A stretch of 64,000 bases of DNA from Escherichia coli (GTDB taxonomy: Bacteria; Pseudomonadota; Gammaproteobacteria; Enterobacterales; Enterobacteriaceae). A program made the translations under genes and the position numbers. Of the stretch, positions 60,605-64,000 are shown piece after piece. The stretch lies in the NCBI RefSeq assembly GCF_036507355.1, contig NZ_AP027877.1. One strand, given 5' to 3'. The notes below the pieces were generated by a model, which saw only the letters and a program-made list of their open reading frames with translations, had not been told where the DNA came from and did no database searches. The first letter of the stretch is position 1. Each line of letters begins with the position of its first letter.

Positions 60605-61537
60605 ATGTGGTCAGAATATTCACTCGAAGTTGTTGATGCGGTAGCGCGTAATGGTAGTTTTAGCGCTGCAGCCCAGGAGTTGCATCGCGTTCCTTCTGCG
60701 GTCAGCTATACCGTGCGTCAGCTGGAAGAGTGGCTGGCGGTGCCGCTCTTTGAACGACGGCACCGTGATGTGGAGCTGACCGCTGCCGGAGCGTGGTTTC
60801 TCAAAGAAGGGCGCTCTGTTGTCAAAAAAATGCAGATCACCCGCCAGCAATGTCAGCAGATAGCGAACGGCTGGCGTGGTCAGTTAGCTATCGCAGTGGA
60901 TAATATTGTCAGGCCAGAACGTACACGGCAGATGATCGTTGATTTTTATCGCCATTTTGATGATGTCGAACTTCTTGTCTTTCAGGAAGTGTTCAACGGT
61001 GTCTGGGATGCGCTTTCCGACGGGCGCGTGGAACTGGCGATTGGCGCAACACGCGCGATTCCGGTAGGCGGTCGTTATGCCTTCCGGGATATGGGGATGC
61101 TAAGCTGGAGTTGCGTTGTTGCCAGTCACCACCCGCTGGCGTTGATGGATGGCCCGTTCAGCGATGATACGTTGCGCAACTGGCCGTCGTTGGTGCGCGA
61201 AGACACCTCGCGAACGCTACCTAAACGTATTACCTGGTTGCTGGATAACCAAAAAAGAGTTGTCGTGCCTGACTGGGAATCATCGGCAACCTGTATCTCG
61301 GCAGGATTATGCATAGGGATGGTGCCAACACATTTCGCCAAACCGTGGCTTAATGAGGGGAAGTGGGTAGCACTTGAATTGGAAAACCCCTTCCCGGATT
61401 CGGCATGTTGTCTGACATGGCAGCAAAATGATATGTCGCCTGCGTTAACCTGGCTGCTTGAGTATCTCGGCGATAGTGAGACGCTGAATAAGGAGTGGCT
61501 GCGGGAGCCGGAAGAGACTCCCGCAACGGCTGATTAA
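60605..61537 (+). CDS. ydhB: LysR-family transcriptional regulator (PunR/YdhB)
   Basis: 310 aa with N-terminal LysR HTH; divergent from ydhC. Confidence 0.88.
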
Positions 61538-62559
61538 CGACGATAGTCGCGGAACGGGCCGTCAGCCACGGAGCGGCGTTCAATCAAACGCGGATGCACT
61601 TCAATGGACTGCGGTTCTTCACGTTTGTTGACGATACGATCCAACAGCATGTTGAACGCTGTTTCACCCAGCGAATCTTTTGGCTGATGGATCGTGGTCA
61701 GCGCCGGCGTAAAATAGCGGGCGTTGCGCACGTTATCATAACCAATCAGCGAAACATCCTGCGGGACGCGCAGGCCCATTTCATCAGCAGCACAAAGTGC
61801 GCCCATTGCCATGATATCGCCACCACAGAAAACGGCAGTAGGGCGATGCGGCTGCGACAGGATTTGCTGCATGGCGCGATAACCGGATTCAGGTTCAAAG
61901 TCACCCTGCACAATCCAGCTTTCCGGCACCTTGATCATTGCTTCTTCCATCGCCTTCATAAAACCGGCAAGGCGGCCTGCGCCAGTGTTACGTTCCAGCG
62001 GGCCGGGGATAACGCCGATTTCGCGATGGCCGCGTTCTATCAGATAACGCCCGGCCATGTAGCCGCCTTCGAACGCGTTATCAATGACCGCATCGGTGAA
62101 GTCAGCTTTTGCTTCACCCCAGTCCATCACCACCATTGGGATATGGCGATACTCTTCCAGCATCGCCAGCAACGGCTCTGGGTACTCAGAACACATTACC
62201 AGCAGACCATCGACGCGTTTTTGCGCCATCATCGACAGATAAGCCCGCTGTTTCTCAAGATTGTTCCACGCATTGCCCAGAATCAGGGTGTAACCTTTCT
62301 GGAAGCAATTTTTTTCAACTGCTTCAATGATCTCGGCAAAATAGGCCGCTTCGCTGCTGGTCGCCAGCAAACCGATAGACTTGGTGTGGTTAACCTTCAG
62401 GCTACGCGCCACCGCGCTAGGGGAGTAGTGTAATTCTTTAATCGCTGCCCACACGGCGTTGCGCGTTTCTTCAGCGACGAAACGTGTTTTGTTGATCACG
62501 TGTGACACAGTTGTAGTGGAAACGTTTGCTCGTTTCGCTACATCTTTTATTGTTGCCAT
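61534..62559 (-). CDS. purR: Purine repressor (LacI family)
   Basis: 341-aa [47 protein letters not shown]... Confidence 0.97.
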
Positions 62560-62602
62560 TCCATTTCACTCCAGACCCTAACTTCAGCTCCTGCAAAATC
62601 GC

Positions 62603-62618
62603 AAGGTAAACGTTTGCC
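62603..62618 (-). promoter_or_regulatory. PurR box (autoregulatory operator) in the purR 5' region
   Basis: Minus strand GGCAAACGTTTACCTT against PurR consensus ANGCAAACGTTTNCNT. Confidence 0.65.
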
Positions 62619-62857
62619 TTTACACACCTTACGCACAACAAAAGTGTTGCGGTACGCCGGAAAAACGACACGGAGCGTCAGGAAGGGGTCAATGGCCAGT
62701 ACGCAAATAGTGTAAGCGTGGAATTTTGGCCGATCTTGACGAAAAGGGGAAGTGGTAAAAACACTTATCATTATAAATGACGGGAGATTTTTTCATCACA
62801 GTGTGTAAAAATGCGTAATATCACTTTTTGTGTGGTAATAAAAAAGGAGAAAACTTG

Positions 62858-62947
62858 ATGAGCACCGACCTTAAATTTTCACTGGTAACAACGATTATCG
62901 TCCTCGGTTTGATCGTAGCCGTGGGTTTGACTGCCGCGCTGCACTGA
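62858..62947 (+). CDS. ynhF: Small membrane protein (29 aa)
   Basis: MSTDLKFSLVTTIIVLGLIVAVGLTAALH* preceded by RBS aaggaga and followed by hairpin cgagggag-cgcgtt-ctccctcg. Confidence 0.75.
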   Translation: MSTDLKFSLVTTIIVLGLIVAVGLTAALH

Positions 62948-63112
62948 TTTCCTCTCGAGGGAGCGCGTTCTCCCTCGCATCTCCTTCCTGTTTGTTAGCA
63001 AAATGGCAAAAGTGTTTTCTCTTTTTGTTATTTTCATTTTTTTGTGATTGCTGTCATGCTTTCGCCACTTTAATGAATATCGCGTAATGACGCGAAGAGG
63101 TGGAGATAAGGC

Positions 63113-64000
63113 ATGAAAATTAACTATCCGTTGCTGGCGCTGGCGATTGGCGCGTTTGGTATCGGGACAACGGAGTTCTCGCCAATGGGCTTGTTGCCCG
63201 TCATTGCGCGCGGTGTGGATGTCTCGATTCCCGCTGCCGGAATGTTAATCAGTGCCTATGCAGTTGGCGTAATGGTTGGCGCGCCGCTGATGACGCTTCT
63301 ACTTTCTCATCGTGCCCGCCGCAGTGCGTTGATTTTCCTGATGGCAATTTTCACGCTAGGCAACGTACTTTCCGCCATCGCGCCGGATTATATGACCCTG
63401 ATGCTTTCACGCATTTTGACCAGCCTGAATCACGGAGCATTTTTTGGTTTGGGTTCAGTCGTGGCCGCAAGCGTGGTGCCAAAACATAAACAGGCCAGCG
63501 CAGTTGCCACTATGTTTATGGGGTTAACCCTGGCAAATATCGGTGGCGTGCCGGCGGCGACCTGGTTGGGTGAAACCATCGGCTGGCGGATGTCATTTCT
63601 GGCAACGGCGGGGCTGGGCGTGATTTCAATGGTAAGTCTGTTCTTCTCATTACCTAAAGGTGGTGCAGGGGCACGACCTGAAGTGAAAAAAGAGCTGGCG
63701 GTATTAATGCGTCCGCAGGTGCTGTCTGCATTGCTGACGACGGTACTGGGAGCTGGTGCAATGTTTACTCTCTACACCTATATCTCTCCGGTACTGCAAA
63801 GTATTACCCACGCAACACCAGTGTTCGTCACGGCAATGCTGGTGCTGATTGGTGTCGGATTCTCTATCGGTAACTATCTCGGCGGCAAACTGGCAGATCG
63901 TTCAGTTAACGGCACGTTGAAAGGCTTTTTGTTGTTGTTGATGGTGATTATGCTGGTAATCCCGTTCTTGGCCCGCAATGAGTTCGGCGCAGCTATTAGC
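63113..64000 (+). CDS. ydhP: MFS transporter, N-terminal part (3' end outside the window)
   Basis: ATG at 63113 with RBS gagg; hydrophobic frame open to the window end (MKINYPLLALAIGAFGIGTTEFSPMGLLP...). Confidence 0.85.
   Translation, partial: MKINYPLLALAIGAFGIGTTEFSPMGLLPVIARGVDVSIPAAGMLISAYAVGVMVGAPLMTLLLSHRARRSALIFLMAIFTLGNVLSAIAPDYMTLMLSRILTSLNHGAFFGLGSVVAASVVPKHKQASAVATMFMGLTLANIGGVPAATWLGETIGWRMSFLATAGLGVISMVSLFFSLPKGGAGARPEVKKELAVLMRPQVLSALLTTVLGAGAMFTLYTYISPVLQSITHATPVFVTAMLVLIGVGFSIGNYLGGKLADRSVNGTLKGFLLLLMVIMLVIPFLARNEFGAAIS

Overview
The window reads as a contiguous Escherichia coli (K-12-like) chromosomal segment running thrS-infC-rpmI-rplT-pheMST-ihfA-btuCED-nlpC-ydiV-selO / ydiE-aroH-ppsR / ppsA / fadK-ydiTSRQ / ydiP / ydiO-ydiF-aroD-ydiB-ydiN' / IS1 / rprA-ydiK / ydiJ-menI-ydiH-sufABCDSE-ldtE / lpp-pykF / fumD-ydhYVWXUT / ydhS-ydhR-valVW / ydhQ / mdtK / ribC / cfa-ydhC / ydhB / purR / ynhF-ydhP. 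All identifications come from recognising the translated proteins and known motifs by eye; no database search was run, and start codons were adjusted where the ORF track over-extends. Almost everything is ordinary, well-described core genome; I see no CRISPR array, prophage or defence island, and no clearly undescribed system. The one structural anomaly is a complete 768-bp IS1 whose two flanks do not match: ydiN is cut off at its 5' end on one side and the other side lies 91 bp beyond the rprA terminator, so ydiL, ydiM and the start of ydiN appear to be missing. Other points worth a second look are a striking 9-residue tandem repeat in YdhT, a perfect FNR box upstream of ydhY, repeated motifs in the ydiP/ydiQ divergent promoter region, and a small upstream ORF overlapping the ydiV start.
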